From Octopus sinensis (Eukaryota): 47,877 nt of DNA. The first letter of the stretch is position 1. Each line of letters opens with the position of its first letter. Location of the stretch: positions 1-47,877 of the forward strand of contig NW_021834522.1 in the NCBI RefSeq assembly GCF_006345805.1. Direction: 5' to 3'. The notes beneath the pieces are model-generated. The model did not search any database and was not told the origin of the DNA. It saw only the letters and a program-made list of their open reading frames with translations. Position numbers and translations under genes: made by a program. Below, piece after piece: positions 23,451 to 37,290 of this stretch.

Positions 23451-24603
23451 TGATAATCGCTTATATCAATAAATATGGTTTGGTCGACCCTAACCAAATG
23501 AGAAATTAAACTTAAAACCTTTATAGATATGCCCGAGATTGAGTCGAAGTCAAACGTTGGTCGGCTGGGAGGGCGTAGTAGGTTATTCCGATTCCATACT
23601 TGATTATTACATTATTTAATTGAAACCAAATAGATTAATGGCCGTGTCGATCTCGGTGGAATATGAACTCAAAGCATAAGCACTACAATACCGGAAGACT
23701 ACGTGTCACCAGTGTCAACGAAAAACATTCTATTGTGAGAAGAAATTCCAGAGCTTCAGATAAATCTGAGTTTACTCTGACAGGATTTGAACTCTGACCA
23801 TTTGAGTAATTAATTGCCATTTAGTAAAATAGTTGTATTCATCCCTAATGGTGTTGATCAAAACTCCTTGGTTTACTACATAAATCAAGCTAACATACAC
23901 TTTACTAATTAAAGTAGTCAAACTTTGACTGTGTTAAGGAGATAACTAGGTAGTATTTAAGTGGTTAATTGGCCTGATAGAAATAGTTGCCAAATCTTCC
24001 GTAAATCACAATTTATTGTCTAAAAGAATCAGAAGGATATATTTCGTAATGTAATTCTATTATAATGGGGCTTGCTTGATCATGTCGACCTAGGGTTAAA
24101 TAAAACCAACATTACAATTAGAATAAGAATGTAGCGAGACTTAACGGATTTTTCATCAGTTCAAGGTTAGCAACTTTTGCTGACTTAGAATCCTCTGAAT
24201 TTCCCTGGAGACTTTCAGGAATTAAAGCAGCAGTAATAAGTCTGTTCTTTCGAAACATTTAGAATTCAATTAACATTTTATATTATTTTCCCGTTTTTCA
24301 TTTTTTTCTTCCTTCCGTTAGAAAGTTCTGTCTACCGTGAAATTAAGTCTTTGTCGCTCAGTCATATACGGATATCGATGTATACATACATATATATATA
24401 GCATACACACACACACTCGCATCTCTGTGTGTGTGTGTGTGTGCTATCGTTCTATGTGTTTGTGGATATATGAATATAAGTATATATTTAAGCTTGTTCG
24501 TTATTTGTTAATTTGTTAAATGCAAATAATGAAAGCACGGACGTATATGTAATTCTGTAGATCTGTTTACACACGCGCGCACATATACACGCGTGCACAT
24601 ACA

Positions 24604-24635
<32 letters not shown>

Positions 24636-25512
24636 TCACACATGTATTTATGGTGGATGTCGACTGGCTCACTTATGACCACCTTTCGTGCTAACATTAC
24701 AATAGTAGTGTCCCCCACTACTCTCATTAGCTCCAACGACGACACACACCATATTATGACATCCCTTAGACACGGAAGGTACCTCAATGAAAGTCACAAA
24801 CATATAGACCAACGGTAATTTATTTCCGCTTGTATTTCGCGCGCTTGTGAGCCGGGGAACTATGTAAGTGGAAGTATTTCATTGGCGCCAATGTGTGTGA
24901 CACTCCAAGCATCACAACGAAAGGGCTGTTGTCGGTTGTGATTCTAAGAAACGTGAGTCATGAATGATGACAGCACTATAAGTACCTTCACATCGAATTT
25001 GATGGTGACAAACGAGTTTCACTGGCTAAATGTTTATAGTCGTTAAATTGGCAACAAGCAAAGACAAAGCTCCAAAAATCCTCCGAGAGCAAAAATTTCG
25101 TAAAGGGACAAAACAAAACAGGAAATATGGTCAGAGAACAATCATCGCAAGTTTTACATGTACCTTAACATGATTTGAAACCAGAACGTAATGAGTCATA
25201 AACTAAATCCTGAATTTTAACCATTTTGTCAGTTCACTGCCTTGATTCAACAAAACAATGAGGAAAAACATCTCAGTCGTGACCAGCCCATCATTTTGTT
25301 TTTATATTCACAACTATACTGCCCAATGTATCCATTCTTTTCTCTAAGATGACGGTGTTATTTGAGGGAGATTTGGCGACTATTTCTAGTCGACTAGGTA
25401 GATGTTCGCATGTTATCACCTGACATCAATTATTTCATTACTCTTCAAAATATACTTTTTCTTGAGAAGTTTTATGGTATTTTTGTAAGACTTTACATTC
25501 TACTAGCATAAA

Positions 25513-26542
25513 TGCGAAGTGGTATCAAAAGCTTCCCGGACTAGTTCTGTAGTGTGCCCGAGTGACATCGCTGTGTTTACTTTACAAGTTGTGAAATTTG
25601 TGTTTTTGCGATCACGTGTATACTGAAGACTGCGATCTTGTCATGGACAGGAAGTTGGAATAAAGAGCCAACGTACAATTTTATGTTAAACTTGAGAAGT
25701 CTACTACAAAAACATTGAGCATTCTTCAATAAGCTTACCGCGACGTGACAATGGGTCATACGCAATGTTTTGAGTGGCACAGCAGCTTCAAAAGCGAGAA
25801 AACGTCCCTGGAAGGCGATAAACAATCTGGAAGATCTGCTTCAAGTGTCACCACCAGGAATGTGGGTAAAATTCACCAGCTTGTGCATGAATCATTGGAG
25901 TAAAACCAAAGACATGTTGTTGGTCTGTCGTGTGTGTCCGTGCAGGCAATCCTAACGTCTGAATTGAACATGTGGCGTGTCTCTATATGAACAGAAAGAA
26001 CATCTCCACGACCGCAGAAAGCACGACAAAGCTGCAGCTCAATCAAGAGCTTGCTCATCGTTTTTTCGACATCTGCGGTATTGTACATCAAGAATTCATT
26101 CTCCAGAGCCAGACCATTGATCGAGAGTTCTATTACGACGTTTTGAAGTGTTTGAATCCACAGATTCGGCGACAGCGACCGGATCTGTGGAGTGCGAAGA
26201 ACTGGATTCTTCACAACGACAATACATTCTTTCACCGAGCTCTTCTCATTTGTGAGGTTCTCGCCAAAAACATGGTATCGCTTCCGCACCTACCCTATTT
26301 GAAAGATTTATCACCTGCTGACTTCATCTCTTCCCCAAGATGAAAATGCAGCTCAAAGGTTACCATTTTAACACTGTTGTTGATAACTAGAGGAAATCGC
26401 AGAAGTTCCTCAACTCACTTACGGAAAACGACTTCCAGGCCGGATTCCAAAAGTGGCAGGAACACTGGGACCGGTGTATTGCTGCGTAAGGTGACTATTT
26501 CGAAGGAGATTATGTTAAAACTTTGGTAAATAACACCTCGCA
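25513..26542 (+). mobile_element. mariner (DD34D-type) transposon remnant, internally deleted
   Basis: Ends tgcgaagtgg... / ...cacctcgca. Frames give MDRKLE*RANVQFYVKL, FEWHSSFK, FFDICGIVHQEF, WILHNDN, LPHLPYLKDLSPADF, KWQEHWDRCI..GDYFEG. Confidence 0.9.
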
Positions 26543-26544
26543 CT

Positions 26545-26780
26545 AGCGATGGGTCGTCTACGTTGTCCTTTTTTCTATGAGAAAAAGCAGCCAATATCCC
26601 TTTAATTATATCCGACAATTTTGAAAACGGAAGGAGGTATTGGATAATGTCGTCCTAGATATATGATGGTTGAAAAATAGCCGATAGGATGGTCATGAGG
26701 GAAATGCTTTTGATCATGTATCTGCTGGGTCTGAGCTAAACAACAAGACCACCGAGAACAACAACCAACACAAAATAAAA
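26545..26780 (+). mobile_element. Degenerate interspersed repeat (further copies near 23930-24110 + and 25270-25420 -)
   Basis: Shared aaa(t)agcagccaa(a)t...ggataatgt...gatcat...gctaaacaac blocks. Confidence 0.45.
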
Positions 26781-26794
26781 ATATTGGTTTCATA

Positions 26795-26998
26795 TTTTGG
26801 TACAAGGCCAGCAATTTGAGGGAATGGCTAAGTCGATTACATCGATCCCAGTGTTCAACTGGTACTTATTTTATCGACCTTGAAAGGATGAAAGGCAAAG
26901 TCGACCTCGGCGGAATTTGACTCAGACCGCAAAGACGGATGAAATGCCGCTAGGCATTTTGCCCGGTGTGCTAACGATTCTGTTTGCTCACCGCCTTA
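26795..26998 (-). mobile_element. SINE family B, full copy
   Basis: Reverse complement of the 36905-type sequence with head gcggtgagc...cagaatcgttagc. Confidence 0.85.
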
Positions 26999-27319
26999 TG
27001 CTATAATTGCTCCCTCGTAAACTGTAAAAAGAATGTAGGACTTTATTCAGCAAAAGCCGAAATCAAAATCCAGACGGGCCTAAAGCTGACTTACGATGGA
27101 ACAAACACAATTCTAAAATGAAAATCCAAGTATTTGATCCAGCATTTATAACAAAAGGAACACTATACCTACTATTTACTAAATAAGTGCTTAATGTCAA
27201 CAGACATCTCACTACTTTTCTTTTTAATTCAAGCCTGATGCTTATTCTATCGGTCTTTCTCGCCTAGTAAAGAAGGACGTAAGAAAACCAAACGGTGGAG
27301 GGAGACACACAATGGCATA

Positions 27320-27356
<37 letters not shown>

Positions 27357-27798
27357 ATCTATTAACGACGGGGTTTCTTTGAGTTTCCAACGACCAAATG
27401 CACTCAAAAAGCTTAGGTCGGCTTGGAGCTGTGGTAGATGAGACTAAGCTAAGATGCAACAGAATAAGAAACAAACGTCTTACCACACAGCCACGACTAT
27501 AAACCATTGTCTTACCTACAGTGACCTATCCAAACGTTCAATTCTTTATAGATTTAATAGCTTCTAATTTAGGTACAAGGCCAGCAATTTTGAGGGGAGG
27601 GACTAAGTCAATACCATCGACGTCTTAATAGTGGATCATGTTAATAGTTTAAAATCTTATTATATTTGCAGACATCGTTGTTTTGTCTGCTGTGAATCAT
27701 CGAGTCTGAAATTTCCCCAACATTTCTCACAAAGAAAACGTCACAATTACAACAAATGTGTGTGTATGTATGCGTATGTATATGAATACGTATTTTTG

Positions 27799-27892
<94 letters not shown>
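27799..27892. repeat. (TCTA)n tetranucleotide microsatellite
   Basis: Perfect array; similar arrays at 34955-35164, 35690-35980, 40310-40435, 45565-45655 and 46072-46135. Confidence 0.99.
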
Positions 27893-28005
27893 ACAAAAAT
27901 ATTTACACTCATGCACATACGCATATATTTATATATGCATAGATGCTTATCTATCTCTCTCGCTCTCTCGCTCTCTCTTTGTATTATATATATATATATA
28001 TATTG

Positions 28006-28292
28006 ATAGTAATGGTAAGACAACAAAAGATATTATATTAAAAGGGGAATGTATTTGTAATATAATATGTGACAAATTATTCGGTTGCCATGATAAAACT
28101 CCGAGTTTCGGATGTCGGGGCGGAAACCTGCACCGGCATCTCTTCTCGATAATTGAAGAGATGCTGGTGCAGGTTTCCGCCCGACATCCGAAACACGGAG
28201 TTTTATCATGGCACCGAATAATTTGTCACATATTATATTACAAATAAATTCCTCTATTTATATAATATCTTTTGTGGTCTTACCATTACTAT
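28006..28292. repeat. ~140-bp-arm inverted repeat with 9-nt spacer, flanked by (TA)n; HHR-bearing
   Basis: Arms 28006-28145 and 28155-28292 match with scattered mismatches; spacer tcgataatt. Confidence 0.95.
28148..28207 (+). ncRNA. Type-I hammerhead-like motif (C3U, GUU, long helix II)
   Basis: GATAA-TTGAAGA-GATG...CATC-C-GAAAC-ACGGA-GTT/TTATC: 5-bp helix I; the spacer supplies its 5' strand. The mirror copy on - lacks the CUG start. Confidence 0.5.
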
Positions 28293-28319
28293 TAATATAT
28301 ATATGTATATATATATGTA

Positions 28320-28539
28320 TCTTTTTCATTTTCCAGTTATAAGACTGCTGCCATGCTTGAAGAATTTTAGTCGAACGAATCGACACCAGACTGTGTTTTT
28401 CGAAAGACTGATGCTTATTTTATATGTCTGGTTTGCCGTACAGCTAAGTCACGGAGATGTAAACACACTCACACTGTTTGTCAAGCGGTGCTGGGGGACA
28501 AACACACACACAACACAACACACGCATGCACACATACAC

Positions 28540-28570
<31 letters not shown>

Positions 28571-28574
28571 CACC

Positions 28575-28625
<51 letters not shown>

Positions 28626-28715
28626 ATGTATGTATATATATATATGTTGTCAGGCAGTGGAACTAAACCTGGAACCATGTGGTTGGAAACAAATTTATTA
28701 CCACACAGGCACAAT
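28320..28715 (-). mobile_element. SINE family A, diverged full copy
   Basis: 3' domain at 28320-28500, head at 28650-28715. Confidence 0.75.
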
Positions 28716-28733
28716 TGCGCCTATGTACATATA

Positions 28734-28786
<53 letters not shown>

Positions 28787-29142
28787 ATATGCGTGTGTGT
28801 GTATGTATGTGTGAACACACATACCCTCATATCTCATGATGTTTAGATGTTAAAAGCATGGAAGGTTTATCCAACACTCGTCGTTCAATGAACCTTACAC
28901 AGCCGCTTTAGCTGTCTAGATTACTGATAGCCAAAAATAACAGTAGAAAGTAGCTTATTACAGACACTATGGACTTCTAGTGACACTGTTTCAGACAACA
29001 ACTGTATAAATACAGACTTTACTGCTGTAAGGCAGATGTCTTTCGTTGGGCATCATTGCAATAATTCACATACTGTATGTATGCATGTATGTGTGTTTCT
29101 CTGTGTGTGTATGTATGTATGTATATCGGTATGTATGTGTGT

Positions 29143-29215
<73 letters not shown>

Positions 29216-29316
29216 GCATATACATATGGTCATACACGTGCATTTATACGGATATATATATATATATTATATATATATATATATTTGTGCGTGTATATAT
29301 ATATATACACGCATAC

Positions 29317-29350
<34 letters not shown>

Positions 29351-29510
29351 GTGTGTGTGTACATATATATATATATATATATATAATACACACACACACA
29401 CACATATATATGTAATGAGATACGCATACACTCATTTCAATGTAAATCAAATACCAAATGAGAACGTATGTAAACAAACAGGTATATTGATAAAGATAGA
29501 CGACCAGGTG

Positions 29511-29545
<35 letters not shown>

Positions 29546-31104
29546 TTACACATATACATACATATATACATATCCATAAAAATGTGTGTGTACGAGTGTG
29601 AGTGGTTTGTGAATTTGACATTATTTGACAGTGTGTTGTTGTAAAGGTTTATCAGAGTTTATATAATGTTGTAACAGAGATAAGCTAAACCTCAACTTAT
29701 GCCTCACTGACTCCTCATCAATTCAATAAGGCTTTACCATTTTGTTTTATATTTTATTTCTTTGTTCTTTGAAATTGATTTTGTTTCATTTCTTTTTTAC
29801 TGTTTTCTCTTTAAAACGGATTTAAATGAAGAACAGAACGAATTTGGGTAAAACCAACAAAAACAAAATAAAACGAAGAGAAATACTAAAAAAGTAAATG
29901 AAAGCAATATTCAAATTATATAAATAAAAGATGCCATGATACCAACAAAAGGAATGTGCACGCACACACAAGAATAATCACACACACACACACACACACA
30001 TACACAGAAATAAATATGCATAGAGAAATCACACACAGGGATACACATAAACACATACACATACACATAAACACGCACATACGCATACGCGCGAATATAA
30101 AGAAAAAGGACACTGTGAAAACGCGGAAAATATTTACAACAACAACAGCGCTGGGAAGTAGGCTCCGTGTAACTGATAAAGTTCCAAAGTAAAAAGGATG
30201 AAATATTGCTTCGTTATTGTGAAAAGATGTCTCCCACAGTAAGAGATAAAGCACGAACAGCGAAGCTCTGTAACGGTGTCTCTTTAAAACAGAAAATGAA
30301 AGGAGTAACAACAACAACAATAGTCACGACAACATCAACAACATCAGCAACAACAATAATAATCGCAACAACAAATACGACGACGACGATAACAATAACA
30401 ACAAGAAAATTTACTATTAGATCTAATTCACTATTAGATAACTATGCCAATCACGGATTCCCCATGTGGTCGCTGGACCTTGCAGAAATAGCAGGAACGC
30501 TTACCGCCAATCTAATCACAAGATCTTGTAAAAAAAAAAAAATGAAAAGGCATACATTATATACTGCTGTCGTACATGAAAAGAAAAAACGTGCTGGGCA
30601 TGAGTGGAACTCTTTCACACATAGGCTTGTTTAGAGATGGCCTAGAGCTAAACAACAATTTAAATCAAATGTAGAAAGAGTTGGTATTTTTAAGTTATTG
30701 AGCAAACACTGAATTAGTGTTTCATCGGCCACAATCCTAGAATTTCGTACATGCAACACCAGATTGTCTAAAATACCCTTGCTGTTTAAAAATAAGAACC
30801 TCATTACAGGATTGGTTTTAAGCAGGCGACCTACAGTTTACTAGGGAGCAAAGGATATCATCAATTGACCAAACTAACCGTTTCCGTGTATAAGACAAAG
30901 TATTTTATAGAGTGTTGATAAGAAGGATATCAAAGTTTCCTGCACAGCATGGTCTTTTGGTTACATCAGAGCAGAAACCTCATGTCCTGGGATTGCGAGG
31001 CTGCTTGAATATGCTCATATACTCTGGAACAGCATTTAGCTTCATCTAGTGAACAAGGCCTTTGGGCTATTTGGTTTGACCCGGCAAATAAATTTGGATT
31101 AATT

Positions 31105-31230
31105 CCGCTGGCACATGGTTCCCGGTTCAGTCCCATTGCGTGGTACCTTGGACAAGTGTCTTCTACTCTAGCCTCGGGCCGACTAAAGCCTTATGAATAA
31201 ATTTGGTAGACGGAAACTGAAAGAAACATG
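31105..31230 (+). mobile_element. SINE family A head fragment
   Basis: cacatggttcccggttcagtcccattgcgtggtaccttggacaag. Confidence 0.8.
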
Positions 31231-31595
31231 TATATATGTGTGTGACCAACAGCTTTCCTTATGTCTCCTGGAATTTATATTTATATCTGCATCTTTATGG
31301 ATGGATTTACCTTCTATGAGAAGTTAACAATCATTTAAAAAACTTTTTTTTAAAAACTGTGGATTATTAGGAAACATTTAAGTCTGCTTATTATCTGGCT
31401 TTAAATTCATAGAACTCTTAATACTTGATAATAGATAGTTACATTCTCTAGGATGTCTGGAAAACATATATGTGATTTAGCTGATGAATACTGGACATTG
31501 TATTTGCTGCAATATTTGCAGCTTTAAATAAAATGTTCTTAGTACGAAACAATTGTACTAAACTATTAATCCATTCTTATTGCTTTTTTCCTTGG

Positions 31596-31651
<56 letters not shown>

Positions 31652-31654
<3 letters not shown>

Positions 31655-31772
31655 GCCTGCTCGCTTAGCCAGCGCGGTAGCGTCATTTGAAGGCTAAAAC
31701 AATGCGAAGCGCATTGTGACCAGCGATGTGTAGCAACATCTGATAGCCTGGTCAGTCACAGTGATCACGGTG
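31652..31772 (+). mobile_element. Short retroposon 3' tip within (TA)n
   Basis: GC-richer unique block ending gtcagtcacagtgatcacggtgatata; family assignment from memory only. Confidence 0.35.
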
Positions 31773-31846
<74 letters not shown>

Positions 31847-32284
31847 TTCAGGTGAAACTATATACTCTGCAACATGTATTGAACACTCATTTATCATTTG
31901 TTCAGCACATATGCAATGTACATGCACACACACACACACAGACACACACACACATATACACGCATACCCACACATTTATATATATATACACGTACACACA
32001 TACACACATATATACACGCACACCCATATATATATATATACACGCACTTACACACATATATATATACACGCACGCACACACACACACATACACATATATA
32101 CACGCACACCCACATACACGTATACATATAATACTTATTCACATTATTGAGGATTAAAAGCTAATTTTTGTGTGTATAAGGAATTACTTTTTAAAAGAAT
32201 ATTTATGAATAAAAGGGACATTTTTAGTATATTAAATATTGTAAGATTAATCACATCTATTTTTATGAACCTCGTATAACTGCT

Positions 32285-33944
32285 TAAATGGAAATTGTGT
32301 TTTGGGGGTCACAGCTGTCGAAAATCGGTTATTCAGTAACTGTTGCACACCGATAGTTTGGAGATCTTTAACGAAGCAAGTGGATTTTCTGACCGCCTTA
32401 AATCAGGGTAGTTAGAGGAACTACTATAATAATGAAGTGATACATTGAACATGAAGGATAAAGAAATGTTAGTTAGTTAGTTAGTTAGTTAGTTAATTTG
32501 GCTCAAAAGCAAATAGCAAGGCCATGTAGGGGGACATGGAGTTAAGTACAGGGTGGTGTTCATGTAAAGAGTTCAGGCCACTTGAGGTCCAGGGAGGCTT
32601 TGAACAAAGCGGTCGTCGGCATCTTTACCATCTCGTCTGGCAGCTTGTTCCACGGATCCGCAACCCGGACGGAGAAAGCTCCTCTCCTTCGCAGGTAGAG
32701 CTTTTCGGAATGACCCCGCAGCCGACGCTCTGGAGCAGGAGTGAAGAACAGCTCTTTCGGGAGGTTACACTTTCCGCTTATGATGTTGTGGGCGAGAATG
32801 AGATCACTACGGCGGCGGCGTTTTTCAAGAGAATAAAGGTGGAGCGTCCTCAGCCTTTCTTCGTAGGACAAATTTTTGAGACCATGAACCATGCGGGTAG
32901 CCAGCTTCTGGACTCTTTCGAGATGCTGTATGTCTTTGAGGAGATAAGGAGAAGAGGCTTGAATCCCATACTCCAATATGGGTCTCACCAGCGTGACATA
33001 GAGTGGTAGGAATATGGCTGCTGTGAGCATTCCGAATGACCGTCGAATCAAGAACAGAATTCCGCGTGCTTTGTTGGCAGCATGGACGCACTGGGCTGAA
33101 GGCGAAAAGGAGGAATCCACCAAGATACCTAGGTCCTTTACCTGATCGGTCCTCTCCAGCAGCAGACGACCCGGCTCGAAATCAAGTTGAGTTTATTTAA
33201 ATGACCATCATCGAGCGACGTTCCACATAAATATTACTTATTGATCGGCGTCACTACCATAAACGAGAGACTAAAACAGTTTGAATTTATGGGTTATATG
33301 TGGAACGTAAAAAAAAAAAATCCGCACGTTTCTCGAAAAATAGAAACAAAAGAAAATGACGAACCCACTTTGAGTTTGTTTTACAAACGTAAAAAGTCCT
33401 GTGTTCAGAAATATTGTGATGAGAAGGAATCTAATTTGTTCAGTTCCAAGGGCTGATTGTGTGTCTGGTCAACGAGGTAAGAATTCCACGCAGACAACAT
33501 GAAGTCAAAAGTTAAGCAGGGTTGTGGTGATGTTATATTTTGGGTTAACATAGCATCACTTTCAGAAAAATGTTACCGGTACCAAATATAAAGGCCATAA
33601 TGAATAGTGTTGCACATTTAAAGATCTTAAGGGAGACTATGTTTTTATGTATCAAGAGTCGAGTCGGTGGAGGATTTTTCAGTATGGTAACCACCCGAAA
33701 CAGAAATAATCAAGGAACTCATCAAATGTAATATGAATTCGGATTTTAAAATTAAAAGATTTATGGAAAGACACCGATATGAGTTCTCAGCAAAATACGG
33801 AAAATTCAAATATATGATTATACTGCTAAAAAATCGTAAGTTCCAGATAATATAATAATCAAACTTATTGAGTAAATACTTTATTGAGGTGATGCCATTT
33901 TCAAAAATTCCAGAGGTATCTAACCATGTATTTTCCTCCACCTG
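32285..33944 (+). mobile_element. Old Tc1-like transposon remnant interrupted by a CR1 LINE
   Basis: HTH-like KIGYSVTV and DRLKSG at 32310-32420; DEKESNLFSSKG and KVKQGCGDVIFW at 33410-33545; right end ...cctccacctg|ta (reverse TA|CAGGTG). Left TIR not found. Confidence 0.6.
32468..33177 (-). mobile_element. 5'-truncated CR1-clade LINE, (TAAC)n tail, 5-bp TSD GAAAT
   Basis: ORF 33123-32560: VKDLGI, LYVTLVRPILEYG, LERVQKLATRMV, LSYEERL, SLEKRRRRSDLI, FSVRVADPWNKLP. 3' hairpin CCATGT-ccccct-ACATGG; gaaat at 32463-32467 and 33178-33182. Confidence 0.93.
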
Positions 33945-34306
33945 TAAATGCCCACATTAGATTTTATTAAAAAGAAAAAAATTATTTTAAATGTTCTTAA
34001 ATTGACTCTTATTTTGTTGTCATTAATAATGAATTGAATTAAATTAACTTCATGTTTTCATATTAAAACTTATAACATTAAAAGGGGTTAAGAAATTCAC
34101 TTTTATATTGTACATTAGTTTGCATCATAAAACATTAAACCAGCAGAAATAACATTTATTCATTAGTTTACTGTTTGTCTTTAAATTCACATCAAAGTAC
34201 ATACACATGTGTTTATGTGTGATTGTGTGTATATGTGTACGTGCGCGCGCATGTATATGTATGTGTGTGAATGTGTGCATATAGAGACACACATACGTTC
34301 ACATAC

Positions 34307-34362
<56 letters not shown>

Positions 34363-34731
34363 AAACCCTCTAATCTATTGTTGTGGTTTATTTTTTTTCA
34401 GTCATCAAAAGATGCTAAGAAAAAGTAAAGTGGGAAAGAAGATGCAGCATGGACGAGCCACTGATGCTGTTCCTTCCGTCTAGCTACCGCCCGCTGTTAA
34501 GTGGTGATTAAAATGTCATTGGCAGTAAGCTGAAACCTGGCACCAGGAATGGATTTACCATCAAATGGTCACCCCTGGGCAGCAAGACTCTTGCCCCACT
34601 TTACAAATGTTAGTCATTAGGATCAATTCCTACTGGAACCCACAGATCTAATATGCAGATGTCATATCGCTTCTTGTCTATGTATGTGTATCTATGTATA
34701 TTGTGTTTGCGTGTGTGTGTGTGTGTATATA

Positions 34732-34776
<45 letters not shown>

Positions 34777-34954
34777 TATATAATAAATGTATATATATAT
34801 ATATATATAATATATATATATATATTTATAATATATATTATATATATACATATATATATATTATATATATACATAGATATATACACACACACACGAATGC
34901 TTGTACTTTTCTTTCTATGCATTACGTATGATATATATATATATAATACATAAA

Positions 34955-35036
<82 letters not shown>

Positions 35037-35037
35037 G

Positions 35038-35092
<55 letters not shown>

Positions 35093-35101
35093 GTATCTAT
35101 G

Positions 35102-35165
<64 letters not shown>

Positions 35166-35737
35166 GTTGCTCTCAAGCAACTCTGCCGCCCCGGGTCGAC
35201 CTTGAGTGACTTCAACACAACCAAAGCATTCTATAGGGGATTAGTGAATGTAGCAAGGATGGCACGTATGAATGACGATGCCACCTTGACTATGATTCTA
35301 TGAACCATAAAAATTAATACAGAGAGTTACTTATTTGCAAAAAAAAAAAAGAAATATAACATGTGACTTCATTGACCGAGGTTACCGTGGTCTTTTCCGT
35401 AGGCTTTTCTTACCACGGGTAAACCTCACCTGTCCTCCCCTTTACACTTCATATTGACATTTCTGTGATAACGATCCCTATTGATCAATTTTTTTCCTTT
35501 CCCCTTTTTTCCCCTCTCCCCACCTTTTTTAAAAATTTTATTCCCCCCTTTTTTTGTCCTCTTTCTTTCCCTTTACGATCCCTTTTGATCGAAAACCAAA
35601 CCCCCTTTTTTACCCCCAAAAGAAAAGCTCTACCTTGTAATTTGTCCTGTCTGTGTGCAGCCCTGTGTGGCTAATAAAGAAACATATCTATCCATCCATC
35701 CATCCATCCATCTATCAATATATCTATCTATCTATCC

Positions 35738-35789
<52 letters not shown>

Positions 35790-35878
35790 GTCTGTCTCTC
35801 TCTGTCTCTCTCTCTCTCTCTCTCTGTCTGTCTGTCTCTCTCTATCTATCTATCTATCTATCTATCTATCAGTCTGCC

Positions 35879-35980
<102 letters not shown>

Positions 35981-36586
35981 CCTTGTAATTTGTTCTGTCT
36001 GTGTGCAGCCCTGTGTGGTTAATAAAGAAACATATCTATCTATCAAGGGACTTAATCAGGCCGAGACTAGGATGCCATGCAGTTAAACCGACCGCAGAAC
36101 TATTTGGTTGCAAATCAAGTTTCTTAACCACACCACCATGCCTGTATCCATTGATTTTGGATGCTGTCTCAGACAAGAGACACTTCATCCTGATCATATT
36201 ATTCACTTCCGCTTCCGTTTCTGTTCTATAAGTTTTTTCTTCAAAGGAATTCTTTATTCTCCATATTACCGTTTATTTCTTCAAACAGAAACCTCGGACA
36301 AGAATAAAATAGGCAAGTGAAAACTGTAGTAGCACACGATGAGAATAACGTCAATGTGGTTTTGACATTAAAACTATCGAGTTACTTGAAACAGAGCATG
36401 ACTAAGCCAGTCGTTAGGGGATGGTGCTGGGAATGGTAGGGAATCAGTCACAGATGAGAATTAAGATTATTTACCTCTCTATAGATATTTAACACCATCC
36501 TAATTTTGGTTTCGGTTTGATCCACGGCAAAAATGACATTGACAGATAGTTCGCAGTTAAAGAGAAAACTGCTGGTTGCTTGGTGG

Positions 36587-36589
<3 letters not shown>

Positions 36590-36654
<65 letters not shown>

Positions 36655-36697
36655 CAACAACAACAACAATAATAACAATAATAAAAAATAATAATAA

Positions 36698-36770
<73 letters not shown>
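36590..36770. repeat. (AAT)n/(AAC)n trinucleotide array
   Basis: Directly visible; similar arrays at 5320-5560, 7638-7710 and 43861-43955. Confidence 0.98.
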
Positions 36771-36773
<3 letters not shown>

Positions 36774-36904
36774 TAACAAAGATAAAAACAATAAAGAGCT
36801 GAAATAAATTAATATACAAATAAATAAATAAACACTACACTGTTTAAGGCATGGTCAAAACGGTGATATATTATCTTTCCTCTTCTTACAATACATTACT
36901 TGTT

Positions 36905-37290
36905 GCGGCGAGCTGGCAGAAACGTTAGCACTCCGGGCGAAATGCTTTGTGGTATTTCGTCCACCGCTGCGTTCAAATTCCGCCGAGGTCGACTTTGCCT
37001 TTCATCCTTTCGAGGTCGATAAATTAAGAACCAGTTACGCACTGGGGTCGATGTAATCGACTTAATCCGTTCGTCTGTCCTTGTTTGTCCTCTCTGTGTT
37101 TAGCCCCTAGTGGGTTTGTAAAGACATAAGTATTTTATCGGTCCTTACATTCTGAGTTCCGCTGAGGTCGAGTTTCGTTTCATCCTTTTGGGGTCGATAA
37201 ATTAAGTACCAGTGAAATACTAGGGTCGACATAATCGACTCATTCTCTCCCCAGAAATTGCTGTCCTTGTGGAAAAATTTGAACCCATTA
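36905..37290 (+). mobile_element. SINE family B, full copy (36905-37128) plus partial copy
   Basis: Head gcggcgagctggcagaaacgttag, B-box-like gttcaaattcc, 3' agcccctagtggg...aaag. Confidence 0.88.

Noticed and set aside
28006-28292. MITE interpretation of the hairpin elements
   Set aside because: No TSD distinguishable from the TA tract; arms meet at a tiny spacer and carry ribozyme motifs, which fits PLE fold-backs better.
33880-33950. Apparent minus-strand exon after ctaat...tttacag|gtggag
   Set aside because: The AG is better explained as TA|CAG, the terminus of the Tc1-like remnant.
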